Shown: positions 49,323 through 59,736 of the stretch, in pieces
Position numbering within the stretch: position 1 is the stretch's first letter
How the letters are laid out: the number at the start of each line of letters is the position of its first letter
Position numbers and translations under genes: made by a program
Notes under the pieces: generated by a model
Seen by the model: only the letters and a program-made list of their open reading frames with translations
What the model was told of the DNA's origin: nothing
Databases searched by the model: none
Source of the DNA: an uncultured Desulfosarcina sp.
GTDB taxonomy: Bacteria; Desulfobacterota; Desulfobacteria; Desulfobacterales; Desulfosarcinaceae
Length of the DNA stretch: 64,000 nt
Assembly (NCBI GenBank): GCA_963674945.2
Contig: CAXXWQ010000004.1
Location: 1,952,001 to 2,016,000 of the forward strand
Direction of reading: 5' to 3'

Positions 49323-51056
49323 ATGAACAGATTCAAATGGATTGCCTTGTTTTCGACCCTCGCTCTTTTACTGGCGGCACCGGTGTATGCCGCCTATCAC
49401 CACGAAGGCGAAAAGGATGCCGACAAATTTCTATCGGCATATCCGGACAAGGCCGGAACAAAAATAGACAATTGCAACCTTTGCCACAGCGGTGGGTCCT
49501 ACGTAAACAGCAAAGGAAAAACCGTGGAACTGGGAAGTTGCCAGTGGTGCCATCAAACCTACGGTTACGACGGTGCCGGAGAGATCGAAGAGACCATCAA
49601 CACCTATGGGGCCGCCTACAAAACCGCCGGCCGCAATGCGACGGCGGTGACGCAAATCGACGATGCAGACAGCGATGGCGACGGGTACAGCAACGCCGCG
49701 GAGATTGCCGCCAATGCGTTTCCAGGCAACGCCAACGACTATCCGGGGCTTGAAATCGCCCCCTACCGCGTCTACACGCGGGACCAGCTGGAAGCCTTGG
49801 GCAGCCACACCCAGTTCCTGCTCATGAACACCTCCAGATCCGGGGACTTCTACGCAGAATACACCGGAATTCCCATGAAGGATCTGCTGGATGACGCCGG
49901 AATCTTGAATAGCGCCACGGGGGTATGGGTATACGCACCGGACGGGTGGGGGCAAAACCACCCCCTGGTATACGACGCGGATCTGGACATGTACCATGTT
50001 TATGGAAACACACCGGGCCAGTCCTACCAATACCCGCCGGCAACCTACTACTATCACGAAGACGCGGATGTGGATCAGAACCCGGACTATGGCTGGTGCG
50101 ATTATAGCGCCCCTTCCTGCGCCGGCCGCTCCCATGGTGACGCAATTTCCGTATCCGGCGGTCTCAAGGCCATTTTGGCTTACAAACGCGAGGGGGCGTA
50201 TCTGGATGCCGGCGTTCTCGACGCAGACAACAAGTTGGACGGCGAGGGACCATTTCGCGTGGTGGTGCCCCAAAAATATGTGGGACCGCCGGATCAATCC
50301 AGCAATTCCGACGTCCAGGATGTGGAATGGCCCTACGACTATGATCTCGACCACAACGCAGGATCATGCTCCCGTTCGGCGACCATCATCAAGATCGAAC
50401 CCCTTCCCGAAGACACCACCGACATCGACATTCTCGAGGCCGGCTGGGGATATGTGGACCAGAACAAGATCATCGTATACGGCGCTATCGACGGTACCGA
50501 TTCCAACGGCAACGGCGTGTTGGACAGTGAGGAAGGCACCGACGACACCGACGACATGGACGGCGACGGCACCCCTGATTACAAAGATCCGGACACGGCG
50601 GCGGTGCGGCACGCCAAAGGCAAGGAGAGAATACGGCTTCACACCCAAAGTGGCAGCTTTTCCCAGGTAGCCTGTCTGAACGAGGAGGATCCGTCGTTGC
50701 CGGAGTTCACCGAAGAGGGCCTGTTTCCCTATGGGGTGAATCAGTTTATGATTACGGGCCTTACGGCCGGCGATGCGGTGACCGTGACGATTCAATTTCC
50801 GGAAAACGTTCCGACAACTGCGAAGTACTACAAGGTCAACTCTTCCGGTGAATGGGGACAGATCGAATTCGATGACAATGACGGTGATGACACCATCACC
50901 ATTACGTTGACCGATGGCGATCCCGACACGGACGGCGACGGCACCGCAAATGGCGTCATCGAAGACCCCGGTGCCTTGATCACCTCTACCACCACGGTCG
51001 ATGCGGCCACGGATGATGATGACGACAGTTGTTTTATCATGACACTGTTCGAATAA
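49323..51056 (+). CDS. Secreted diheme c-type protein with a GEGP motif, Ca-binding repeats and a C-terminal Cys-containing sorting-like tail
   Basis: AAGGAGG RBS; signal peptide ending VYA; CNLCH (49473-49487) and CQWCH (49539-49553); DxDxDG repeats; GEGPFRVVVP; DGTANGVIEDPG; ends DDDDDSCFIMTLFE. Confidence 0.85.
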   Translation: MNRFKWIALFSTLALLLAAPVYAAYHHEGEKDADKFLSAYPDKAGTKIDNCNLCHSGGSYVNSKGKTVELGSCQWCHQTYGYDGAGEIEETINTYGAAYKTAGRNATAVTQIDDADSDGDGYSNAAEIAANAFPGNANDYPGLEIAPYRVYTRDQLEALGSHTQFLLMNTSRSGDFYAEYTGIPMKDLLDDAGILNSATGVWVYAPDGWGQNHPLVYDADLDMYHVYGNTPGQSYQYPPATYYYHEDADVDQNPDYGWCDYSAPSCAGRSHGDAISVSGGLKAILAYKREGAYLDAGVLDADNKLDGEGPFRVVVPQKYVGPPDQSSNSDVQDVEWPYDYDLDHNAGSCSRSATIIKIEPLPEDTTDIDILEAGWGYVDQNKIIVYGAIDGTDSNGNGVLDSEEGTDDTDDMDGDGTPDYKDPDTAAVRHAKGKERIRLHTQSGSFSQVACLNEEDPSLPEFTEEGLFPYGVNQFMITGLTAGDAVTVTIQFPENVPTTAKYYKVNSSGEWGQIEFDDNDGDDTITITLTDGDPDTDGDGTANGVIEDPGALITSTTTVDAATDDDDDSCFIMTLFE

Positions 51057-51069
51057 CGCGAAAAAATAC

Positions 51070-51108
51070 AAAAAGATCCGGCCCGTTCTCGCGGGCCGGG
51101 TCTTTTTT
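51070..51108. terminator. Bidirectional intrinsic terminator
   Basis: AAAAAGATCCGGCCCG-loop-CGGGCCGGGTCTTTTTT between convergent genes. Confidence 0.85.
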
Positions 51109-51113
51109 ATTGA

Positions 51114-52061
51114 TTAAATAATCCAAACGGCCAATTGATCGGCCAGCTTCAGCACCTGGTCGCTGACACGCCCGATGACGTACTCTTCGATGAAGGTGAT
51201 GATCCCCCGACGGCCGACGACAATACTTCCGATGCCGTTTCCCATGGCCTCCTTGACGATGTGCCCGGCACGATCTTGCCCGACGGCGTGAATCTTCAAA
51301 GAGATCCGATCGGTTGGGAACCCATCCTCCAGAAGTCTCTTGCGAGCCTCCTCCAACCGGTCTCCGATTTTGAGTTTGCCCGTCACGATCCGACTGAGGC
51401 AATTGTCGATCCGAAAAGTGGGATCTTCTCCGGGCCAGAACTTTTTATCCTCATCGATGATGCTGTAAAGTTCCAGGTCATGGCCCGACGTGCCCACCAG
51501 GGAACCGACACACACGACCCCCTTCATGGCGCCGTGGGTACCGTCGAAAGCCACCAAGAGGTGCTCCAGGTCGGGCTTGCCACCCACCACCACGACGGGA
51601 ATGTGTTTGATTCTGGAAACCAGTTTCATCGCGGTACTTTTGATCAGCCAGTCCTTGAAACGGCTCCAACCGGTGCGCCCCACCACGATGGCATCGTACT
51701 CGTCGTAGGACTCCTTTACGATGTCCTGTGTGATGCCCAGATTCTCAGCCGGCGTCTTGTAGGTGATGGCCGATTCGGGAAAACCTTTCTGCTTGAAATA
51801 GACCAATGCGCTGTGCATGGTGCTGTCGATGTTCACCTTTTGCTCCGTGGCCCATCGTTTCAACCCGGCCACGCGGCGCTTGTACAGGGGGTAGGCATCC
51901 AGTTCGGAAAAGAGCGTGAACAACTGGGCCTGAACATGGAATAGAACAACGTTGGTCCGATCCGGCGCAAATACATTTGCGGCATATCGAATCGCACGCA
52001 ACGATTGCTCACTTCCATCCACGGCAACGAGAATTTTATGAGGGGGCACGCATTCTTTCAT
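51114..52061 (-). CDS. Tandem-domain universal stress protein
   Basis: KILVAVDGS...IVVGRTG; LLVAFDG...IVVGRRG...IGRVS...AVWII; paralog of 19413-20348. Confidence 0.9.
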   Translation of the reverse strand: MKECVPPHKILVAVDGSEQSLRAIRYAANVFAPDRTNVVLFHVQAQLFTLFSELDAYPLYKRRVAGLKRWATEQKVNIDSTMHSALVYFKQKGFPESAITYKTPAENLGITQDIVKESYDEYDAIVVGRTGWSRFKDWLIKSTAMKLVSRIKHIPVVVVGGKPDLEHLLVAFDGTHGAMKGVVCVGSLVGTSGHDLELYSIIDEDKKFWPGEDPTFRIDNCLSRIVTGKLKIGDRLEEARKRLLEDGFPTDRISLKIHAVGQDRAGHIVKEAMGNGIGSIVVGRRGIITFIEEYVIGRVSDQVLKLADQLAVWII

Positions 52062-52281
52062 GTGATACCTCCTTGTTCGTTGTCCTACGGGTTGATTTGT
52101 AAGAAGAATCCCACAATTCTTCTATATTATTTGTAGCGTCTCGATAGGATGGCGTCAACATAAGAAAATGCCGGAGTGGAATGGGAAGAGAAGTTGGATC
52201 AAAAGCACGTCAATACTTTCATCGTCGGGTTGGCTCCGGGTGCAAGGCACCCGGTTTGCAAACAACCAGGCAACGCCGCTT

Positions 52282-52938
52282 TTACCGACTGCGATTTTTC
52301 ATGAGTCGTTTGCAGATGTTGATACCTGTCATTGCATTGTCCGTCCAATAATCCGCGCCAATGCCGTGGTACCGTTCCGGACGCAGGCAAGAACTTCCGA
52401 TGATGATCGGCGTGTTGGCAATGATTGGGTCCTCGTCATTTTTGAAAAGCCTAACGGTCTGTTGCATACTCTCGGCAGCCACCGTCAAAAGGCCCGATAA
52501 CCCGACGATATCGGGCTGTTTTTCGGCCGCAGCGGCACGAAATTCGATCGGCGGTATATTCACACCGAGATCGATCACTCTGAAACCATGGCATGCCGCC
52601 ATTCTTCCAAACAGATTTTTCCCCAGGTCGTGGATATCATTGTGGACCGTTCCCAGAAGAATGACCGCCGATTCCTTATCCTCCAGCCGTTCCTGAATCA
52701 ATGGGTCGACCAGATCGCTTACTCCCTGGAAAATGGCACTCGCTGCAATCAGACTGGAGATGAAATATTCGCCGATTTCGTAGCGCCTTCCAACGTCGAT
52801 CATTCCCTGCTGACATTCATCGATGATTTCCAGTGGGTCATCTCCCGCCTCCAACCGTGACGCGGCGAGCGTCAAGACCTCCTCTTCTTGAAGTTCGACG
52901 ACCTTTTTAATAAAATCTTTACCCCGAATTTGATTCAT
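52282..52938 (-). CDS. Cobalamin-binding (methyltransferase-type corrinoid) protein
   Basis: Cap domain (GMIDVGRRYEIGEYF), LGTVHNDIHDLGKN (DxHxxG), VGLSGLLT. Confidence 0.9.
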   Translation of the reverse strand: MNQIRGKDFIKKVVELQEEEVLTLAASRLEAGDDPLEIIDECQQGMIDVGRRYEIGEYFISSLIAASAIFQGVSDLVDPLIQERLEDKESAVILLGTVHNDIHDLGKNLFGRMAACHGFRVIDLGVNIPPIEFRAAAAEKQPDIVGLSGLLTVAAESMQQTVRLFKNDEDPIIANTPIIIGSSCLRPERYHGIGADYWTDNAMTGINICKRLMKNRSR

Positions 52939-52995
52939 TCATCGATCCTGGAGAGACCTGGGCCTGAAGTAGTAATGCAGGGGCGGATGATGTAT

Positions 52996-53772
52996 CTATG
53001 CTGTGATGCCGACGGTTGTTGTAAAACGCAGTTTGTCACTTCTGCAAACAAATCGTCCCCAACTCAAAGGGCGTTCATCGAAGCCATAGAACAGATGGGT
53101 CAGAAAGAACGCCGCCGCCGGAGTTTGTACCTTTAAGATGCAAGCCTCCTCCTCCCCCATGATGCCGGCGCTTACCGTGATCTTTCCATATTTGAACAGA
53201 TTGTGACCACGGCCTTCCAGCAGGCCCTGCATGGAAGTGACTTCCAGTTCTGATTCGACAATGGGATGGTGAACGTCACAGATTAGGTATTCACAATGAT
53301 AGAACAGGGGGTTGTCATCGGTTACGATCAGCCGCCGGAGGTTGATGGTTCGCTCTCCTTCGGCGATGGATAGTTTCTCTGCAATTTTCGAATCGGCTGA
53401 AACCAGTTGAACATCGAGAATTTTTACCTTGGCGGTGGTGGCTTGGCTGTAAAGCTTTTGCAGGTCATCGAGGCTGAACGTCGCCGCTCCCAGATCCAAC
53501 CGTTTGACGTAAGTCCCTCGACCTCGCTCGGTGGTGACGACGCCCTCGTCAACGAGCATGCTGATGGCCCGCCGCACTGTCATCGAACTGACATTATACG
53601 CCTTGCACAGTTCCGATTCCGAGGGGAGTTGCTCGCCGGCCCGGAGCCCTTCGGATATGATTTTTCTACGAAGAAGCCTTCCGAGTTGCACATAGACGGG
53701 TTCGTACGCGTTACGGTCGATCTGATCCAACGGTTTCTCGCTGGATGCTTGTTCTGCAAATGTGGGGTTCAT
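52996..53772 (-). CDS. GntR/HutC-family regulator with UTRA domain
   Basis: PVYVQL...LPSESELC..YNVSSMTVRRAI...GRGTYV; UTRA-like C-terminus. Confidence 0.92.
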   Translation of the reverse strand: MNPTFAEQASSEKPLDQIDRNAYEPVYVQLGRLLRRKIISEGLRAGEQLPSESELCKAYNVSSMTVRRAISMLVDEGVVTTERGRGTYVKRLDLGAATFSLDDLQKLYSQATTAKVKILDVQLVSADSKIAEKLSIAEGERTINLRRLIVTDDNPLFYHCEYLICDVHHPIVESELEVTSMQGLLEGRGHNLFKYGKITVSAGIMGEEEACILKVQTPAAAFFLTHLFYGFDERPLSWGRFVCRSDKLRFTTTVGITA

Positions 53773-54177
53773 CGAATCGTCCTCCGCCGCGTATGGGGAT
53801 CCCGATGCGTCCAACCACCGACACCCGGCTACCAAATATCGAAAATTAAACTAATCATTTCAGATATTTTTACAAAACAGAACTTCTGTCGGCCTTTTTT
53901 TCTATAGCATGAGGTATCATCCGGGTACAAGAAGATAATACTTGACTACCTCTCTATGGAGGTTTATAAGCGCTATCGAAAAAGAAAGTGCCTGCATCGA
54001 AGAGTCACCTTCATCTCTTTTTCCATGCGAGGCTTGACAAATGTTAATGAAATATGGTTGTTTACTGCGCTGAAATTGACATCCCGGTAACAAAAGATTT
54101 CCATTTCGGAAGTCTTTTATACTTTTAGGGGTTCTTCGAATGAACATCAGGAAAAAAATGAAATTCAGGAAACACCA

Positions 54178-55542
54178 ATGGCAAGAGGACTAGACGGATA
54201 CGCGGGCAACGGCACCTTCTCCCATGGCATTCATCCTCCGGAAAACAAGGATCTGGCCAAGGATGCGGCCATTCGTGTGTTGCCCACGCCGGAAAAGGTG
54301 ATGCTCTCCTTGCATCAGAACATCGGCGGACCGTGCGAACCATTGGTCAAGGCGCGCCAATCGGTATTGTGGGGGGAGATGATCGGCAAGGGAAAAATCT
54401 TCGTCTCCACCACTTTGCACGCATCGGTTCCCGGCATCGTCCAACGGCCCAAGCGCATGACCCTGGCCAACGGACGGCACATGGACACATTGCCCATTAA
54501 AACCGAGGGGGAGATTCCGGAAGGAGCGGCCCTGTTTGAGGAGATCTTCGGTGGCCATTGGCCGACAACCGGCCTGGATGCCTACGATCCATCCGAAATC
54601 AGTAAGGACATCAATGCAGGGGGTCTTGTGGGGCTGGGTGGAGCGGCTTTTCCCACCCATGTGAAAATCATGCCCAACGACAAGAAACCGGTGAACACCC
54701 TCATCGTAAACGGTTGTGAGTGCGAACCCTACCTCACATCCGACTACCGGCTGATGCTGGAAGCACCGGCGCCCATCATCACCGGTGCCCTGTTGGCAGC
54801 CCGCAGTGTCGGGGCCAGTCGGATCGCCATTGGCGTCGAGGACAATAAAATGGACGCCGTCGAAGCGCTCAAAAAGGCGGCCAGCGGCACCGGCATTCAG
54901 ATCGCCGTGCTCAAGACGAAGTACCCCCAGGGCAGTGAGAAACACTTGGTTCAGGCCGTTACGAAGCTACAGGTACCACTTGGGGGGCTCCCATCGGATG
55001 TTGGCGTGGCCATCAGCAACGTCGGGACCATGGCCGCCGTGGCTCAGGCCGTGATTCACAAGAGGCCGCTTACCCATCGCGTGATCAGCGTCACGGGCAG
55101 GGGCATCGCCAACCCATCCAACGTACTGGCTCCCGTCGGGGTATCCTTCGGCGCCCTCATCGATTTCTGCGGCGGACTTACCGCCGATGCCGCCCGAATG
55201 GTTGCCGGTGGTCCCATGATGGGGTTTGCCTTTTCCAACCCCGATACACCGGTCACCAAGGGTACCAGCGGACTCACCGTCTTGACCCATGACGAGGTGA
55301 AGGCGGTGGAAGAAACCGTTTGTGTCAGGTGCGGTCGGTGTGTGGATGTATGTCCCATGAAACTGGTGCCAACAAAAATTGCCATGGCATCCAGGCACAA
55401 GGACATCTCATTGTCGCGACGGTATAACATCATGGCCTGTTTCGAGTGTGGCTCCTGTGCATACACATGCCCGGCCCACATCCCCCTCGTTCAACTGATT
55501 CGCGCCGGAAAGGCAATGGTTGCGGCGGCGGATCGGAGCTGA
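54178..55542 (+). CDS. rnfC: Rnf complex subunit C
   Basis: GIHP, HASVPG, GLVGLGGAAFPTHVK, NGCECEPYLTSD, YPQGSEK, two CxxCxxCxxxCP. Confidence 0.96.
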   Translation: MARGLDGYAGNGTFSHGIHPPENKDLAKDAAIRVLPTPEKVMLSLHQNIGGPCEPLVKARQSVLWGEMIGKGKIFVSTTLHASVPGIVQRPKRMTLANGRHMDTLPIKTEGEIPEGAALFEEIFGGHWPTTGLDAYDPSEISKDINAGGLVGLGGAAFPTHVKIMPNDKKPVNTLIVNGCECEPYLTSDYRLMLEAPAPIITGALLAARSVGASRIAIGVEDNKMDAVEALKKAASGTGIQIAVLKTKYPQGSEKHLVQAVTKLQVPLGGLPSDVGVAISNVGTMAAVAQAVIHKRPLTHRVISVTGRGIANPSNVLAPVGVSFGALIDFCGGLTADAARMVAGGPMMGFAFSNPDTPVTKGTSGLTVLTHDEVKAVEETVCVRCGRCVDVCPMKLVPTKIAMASRHKDISLSRRYNIMACFECGSCAYTCPAHIPLVQLIRAGKAMVAAADRS

Positions 55543-55569
55543 ATTCGGAACCACAAAGAGAAATCAACC

Positions 55570-56562
55570 ATGCAAAACAATCAAGTTACCTCCATCGATA
55601 AGAACCAGCAGGCAGAACCGGTGATCCACGTATCGCCATCACCCCACCTTGTGCAAACGACCACCAGTACCCAAAGGATGATGGTGGATGTGCTCGTGGC
55701 CCTTGTTCCCGCGGTCGCCATGTCCCTGTACATCTTCAGAGGGTACGCCCTGTTTCAGTTGGCCGTATGCATCACGGGAAGCCTCTTGGCGGAGTTTCTC
55801 TTCGTCAAACTCAGGGGCCGCAGCGCCACGCTAACGGATTGTTCGGCCCTGGTGACCGGTGTCATCCTCGCTCTCTCCCTGCCCGGAACGGCCCCCTGGT
55901 ATGTGGGCGTCATCGCCGCCTTCGTCGCCATCGGCATCGGCAAGGTGATCTTCGGCGGGCTGGGCATGAACCTGTTCAATCCGGCCATGGTGGGACGGGC
56001 CTTCGTCATGATCTCCTTTGCCGGCGCATTGGCCGCCTCAGGGTTCGAAGACGTGCAAAGCGCCGTGGACGCCATCACCCAGGCCACACCCATGAATGCC
56101 TACAAGATGAACGGCACGGTGGCAACCCTCGGCAGTCTCTTCTGGGGGACCACCAACGGCAGCCTCGGAGAGACCAGTGCCCTGGCATGCCTGCTGGGCG
56201 GCATCTATCTGATCATTCGGAAAACCGCCTCATGGGAAATTCCGGTGGGAATCCTCTCTGCCGTGGTGATCATCGGCGGGCTGGCCGACATTTTGGGAAG
56301 TGCAGACGGATGGACGGTGATCCACCACATCTTCGGCGGTTCGCTGTTGTTCGGAGCCTTTTTCATTGCCACGGATCCGGTCACCAGCCCCTTGGCGCCC
56401 AAGGGCAAATTCATATTCGGACTGGGTATCGGTGTGTTTATCATGGTGTTGCGCCTGTTCTCCGGTTATCCGGAAGGTGTGATGTTTGCCGTCTTGTTCA
56501 TGAACGGCCTGACCCCGCTGATCAATCGATGGACCATTCCCACACCGTTCGGTGGGAAATAA
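55570..56562 (+). CDS. rnfD: Rnf complex subunit D
   Basis: SPH, FGGLGMNLFNPA, TQATP (FMN site), GSLGETS, ATDPVTSP, YPEG. Confidence 0.96.
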   Translation: MQNNQVTSIDKNQQAEPVIHVSPSPHLVQTTTSTQRMMVDVLVALVPAVAMSLYIFRGYALFQLAVCITGSLLAEFLFVKLRGRSATLTDCSALVTGVILALSLPGTAPWYVGVIAAFVAIGIGKVIFGGLGMNLFNPAMVGRAFVMISFAGALAASGFEDVQSAVDAITQATPMNAYKMNGTVATLGSLFWGTTNGSLGETSALACLLGGIYLIIRKTASWEIPVGILSAVVIIGGLADILGSADGWTVIHHIFGGSLLFGAFFIATDPVTSPLAPKGKFIFGLGIGVFIMVLRLFSGYPEGVMFAVLFMNGLTPLINRWTIPTPFGGK

Positions 56563-56618
56563 TGAATCGGATCGAAAGATTGCGCACTTTTGCAGTAAGG
56601 ACTTGGAATTGAGAGACG

Positions 56619-57311
56619 ATGAACGACGACAACGCTGAAAAAAAATCGGTTGCCGGCGGGCTGAAATCAAACAAGCTCGTGCAGGCATGGCTGGTGCTGA
56701 TCCTGGCCACGGGATTCGGCGTATCCCTGGCCAGTGTTCAAAACGCCCTGGGCCCCGTGATCGAAACAAACAAGCTCAACGAGACGCTGGAAAAGGTACC
56801 GGAACTGGTGCTGGGAAAGGAACTTGCCGCCAAGATGGCGGGTGAGAACCAGACCCTTTCCATAACGCCGCACCAGGTGGCCGTGGAAAAGGCGGACCGA
56901 AGCAAATTTTATAGCGTCTATGAAGCCCGGTACCAGGGAGACTTGAAGGGATGGGTAGTAAAGACCAAGGGACAGGGCTATGCAGACACCATAGAACTGC
57001 TGTTGGGTCTCTCTTCCGATCTTTCCACCATTACCGGCATGTTTGTTTTGGACCAGAAGGAGACACCCGGCCTGGGCAACAAGATCATCTTCGACGACTG
57101 GCGGGGACAGTTCATCGGTACACCGGCCACCCAGCCTCTGGTGGTGGTCAAGACCGGTGCCCAGAAACCCGGTGAGATCGACGCGGTGACTGGTGCCACC
57201 ATTTCGTCCAAGAGCGTGACCAACTTGATCAACGGAGCCCTTGGCGATTTGCGGAAACCACTGGCCGATATGCCGGCCGCCGTTCAAGAGGGAGGCAAAA
57301 CCGATGGCTGA
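56619..57311 (+). CDS. rnfG: Rnf complex subunit G
   Basis: N-terminal TM segment, GY, ETPGLG, DAVTGATISS (FMN site). Confidence 0.94.
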   Translation: MNDDNAEKKSVAGGLKSNKLVQAWLVLILATGFGVSLASVQNALGPVIETNKLNETLEKVPELVLGKELAAKMAGENQTLSITPHQVAVEKADRSKFYSVYEARYQGDLKGWVVKTKGQGYADTIELLLGLSSDLSTITGMFVLDQKETPGLGNKIIFDDWRGQFIGTPATQPLVVVKTGAQKPGEIDAVTGATISSKSVTNLINGALGDLRKPLADMPAAVQEGGKTDG

Positions 57312-57912
57312 CAAACCCACCAACACAGAGCTGTTCATTCGGGGCATTTTGCCGGAGAACCCGGTATATCGCCAGCTCTTGGGACTCTGCCCCACCCTGG
57401 CCGTGACCAACGGCCTCAAGGCCGCCGTCACCATGACCGCAGCCGTGGCCTTCGTACTGCTTTGCGCCAATGTGATCACCAGCCTGATTCGAAACCTGCT
57501 CAAGCCCCATCTTCGCATCGTGGTTTTCACCTTGACCATCGCCACCTTCGTTACCATCGCCGATCGGATCCTGGCTGCCTACCTTTATCAGATGAGCAAA
57601 ACCCTGGGGCCGTACATCCCGCTGATCATCGTCAACTGCATTATCATCTGTCGCTTAGAGGTGATCGCCTCCAAGCAGGGTGTTGTTTCCGCCGCAGCGG
57701 ACGCCATCGGCCAGAGCCTGGGATTTGGGCTGGCCCTGGTGAGCATTGCCACCATCCGGGAGATTCTGGGAACCGGTTGCCTCTTCGGCATCGAGGTCCT
57801 GCCGACGGCATGGCCGGACTGGGTAATCATGGTGCTGCCGCCCGGTGCGTTTCTCACCTTCGGCCTGCTGCTGGGAACTGTCAACTGGTTCGCCGAGAAA
57901 AAGAAAGCGTAA
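57304..57912 (+). CDS. rnfE: Rnf complex subunit E
   Basis: ENPV..LLGLCPTLAVT, IPLIIVNC, REILG, LPPGAF. Confidence 0.95.
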   Translation: MADKPTNTELFIRGILPENPVYRQLLGLCPTLAVTNGLKAAVTMTAAVAFVLLCANVITSLIRNLLKPHLRIVVFTLTIATFVTIADRILAAYLYQMSKTLGPYIPLIIVNCIIICRLEVIASKQGVVSAAADAIGQSLGFGLALVSIATIREILGTGCLFGIEVLPTAWPDWVIMVLPPGAFLTFGLLLGTVNWFAEKKKA

Positions 57913-57918
57913 GAAAAA

Positions 57919-58764
57919 ATGAATTACCTCATCGATATTCTGCTCATCGCCCTTGGCGCGGCCCTGATCAACAACTTCGTTCTCTATTATTTCGTCGGCA
58001 TCTGCCCCTTTATCGGGGTCTCCCGTCGGGTGGAGATGGCCGTTGGCATGGGGTGCGCCGTCACCTTCGTCATCTCCATCGCCGCATTCATCGCCTGGAC
58101 CGTCACCACTTTCGTGCTGATGCCCGGTGCACCGCTTACGAAAATGATTGCGGGATTGTTCATGCCCGCAGAGTCCGCCGCCATGGTGGACCTTACCATA
58201 TTGAGCTACATCGTCTACATTTTCGCCATCAGTAGTTCGGTCCAGTTCGTCGAGATGTACGTTCGACGCTTCTTTCCCAGCCTATACAAGGCCTTCGGCG
58301 TATTCTTACCGCTCATCACCACCAACTGCGCCATCTTGTTTGCCTGTCTGACCATCATGAGCAACGTAGTTGGCGCGGAAAATCCGGCGGACCGATGGGA
58401 TCTGGGGCGAGCACTTACCCTTGCCTTTTTCGGCGGCGTGGGCTTTACCATCGCCATCGTCATCATGGCCGGCATCAGGGAAGAGCTGGAGCTTTGCGAC
58501 ATTCCCAAGCCCTTTCGCGGCGCCGCCATCACTTTGGTCGTCGGTGGCATCCTTGCCATGGCATTCATGGGCTTCACCGGGGTCGATTCAGGACTGCGGG
58601 AGGCCATGACCGCAAAACCGGCGGCAGTGGAGGCAAACGAATCCGTCCAGTCGCCACAGCCGTCTGAAGACAAACAACAAGCACGACGATTGGGCGATGG
58701 CCCCTTATCGGCATGCGTCGAATTGCCAATCCATCACCAACAGGGGGTATCATGTCTTGGGTAA
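57919..58764 (+). CDS. rnfA: Rnf complex subunit A (elongated)
   Basis: [41 protein letters not shown]. Confidence 0.93.
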   Translation: MNYLIDILLIALGAALINNFVLYYFVGICPFIGVSRRVEMAVGMGCAVTFVISIAAFIAWTVTTFVLMPGAPLTKMIAGLFMPAESAAMVDLTILSYIVYIFAISSSVQFVEMYVRRFFPSLYKAFGVFLPLITTNCAILFACLTIMSNVVGAENPADRWDLGRALTLAFFGGVGFTIAIVIMAGIREELELCDIPKPFRGAAITLVVGGILAMAFMGFTGVDSGLREAMTAKPAAVEANESVQSPQPSEDKQQARRLGDGPLSACVELPIHHQQGVSCLG

Positions 58765-59663
58765 TCATCGGTCTGGCCGCCGCGACCATGCTGGCCATGG
58801 CCCTTATTTTCTCGTTCATATTGGGATGGGCCAATCAGGCCTTTCATGTGGAAGTGGATCCCCGGGTGGATGCGGCCATCGAAATACTGCCGGGAGCCAA
58901 CTGCGGCGGTTGCGGCTACGTGGGTTGTGGTGAATACGCCGAAGCCGTGGTTTTGGAAGGGGCCGAGGTAAACCTGTGCACCGTCGGCGGAAAAAGTTGT
59001 GCCCTGGCCCTGGCCGATGTGATGGGTGTAGAAGTTTCCGTCAGCTTTCCATGGCGCCCCGTGGTCCATTGCGGTGCCACGGCGGAAGACCGTCTGGGAA
59101 AAAGTCCTTACAGGGGCGAACAGCGATGCGCCACTGCCAACCTGGTAACCGACATACAGGGCTGCACCTATGGCTGCCTCGGGTTCGGAGACTGTACACG
59201 GGCATGTAATTTCGACGCCATTCACGTGGTTGATGGACTGGCCCGGGTGGATTACGAAAAATGTGTGGGATGCGGCGCCTGCGCGAAAGCATGCCCGCGC
59301 AACATCATCACCATGGCCCCCTTCAAGACAGACCGTATGCTGGTTGTCGAGTGCGCCAACCTGGATGCAGGCAAAGACGTCAAGGATGTGTGCAAAGTTG
59401 GCTGTCTTGCGTGCAAGGCATGTGAACGGACCTGTAAAATGTTCAGCATCCAAAACAACCTCTCCACCATCGATTACGACAATTACACCGTTGAAAATTT
59501 AACCGCCGGCCTGGAAGCCGCCGAGAAATGTCCACGAAACCGACTCGTGTTCGTGGGTATTCCTTCGGAAAGGGATATTCTGGAAGCAGCCAAAGAGGAC
59601 CTGCCCCAGGTGATTGAAGCGGATTTCAAAACCACGGTAGACGACACCGAGTGGCGGGGATAA
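58752..59663 (+). CDS. rnfB: Rnf complex subunit B
   Basis: N-terminal TM segment, [48 protein letters not shown]. Confidence 0.95.
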   Translation: MSWVIIGLAAATMLAMALIFSFILGWANQAFHVEVDPRVDAAIEILPGANCGGCGYVGCGEYAEAVVLEGAEVNLCTVGGKSCALALADVMGVEVSVSFPWRPVVHCGATAEDRLGKSPYRGEQRCATANLVTDIQGCTYGCLGFGDCTRACNFDAIHVVDGLARVDYEKCVGCGACAKACPRNIITMAPFKTDRMLVVECANLDAGKDVKDVCKVGCLACKACERTCKMFSIQNNLSTIDYDNYTVENLTAGLEAAEKCPRNRLVFVGIPSERDILEAAKEDLPQVIEADFKTTVDDTEWRG

Positions 59664-59736
59664 TCCTACCACGTTCAATTCATGAATATCTGCCTTGACG
59701 GTCAAAACACCGGGTTGGTAATGAAGGTGTTACGTC

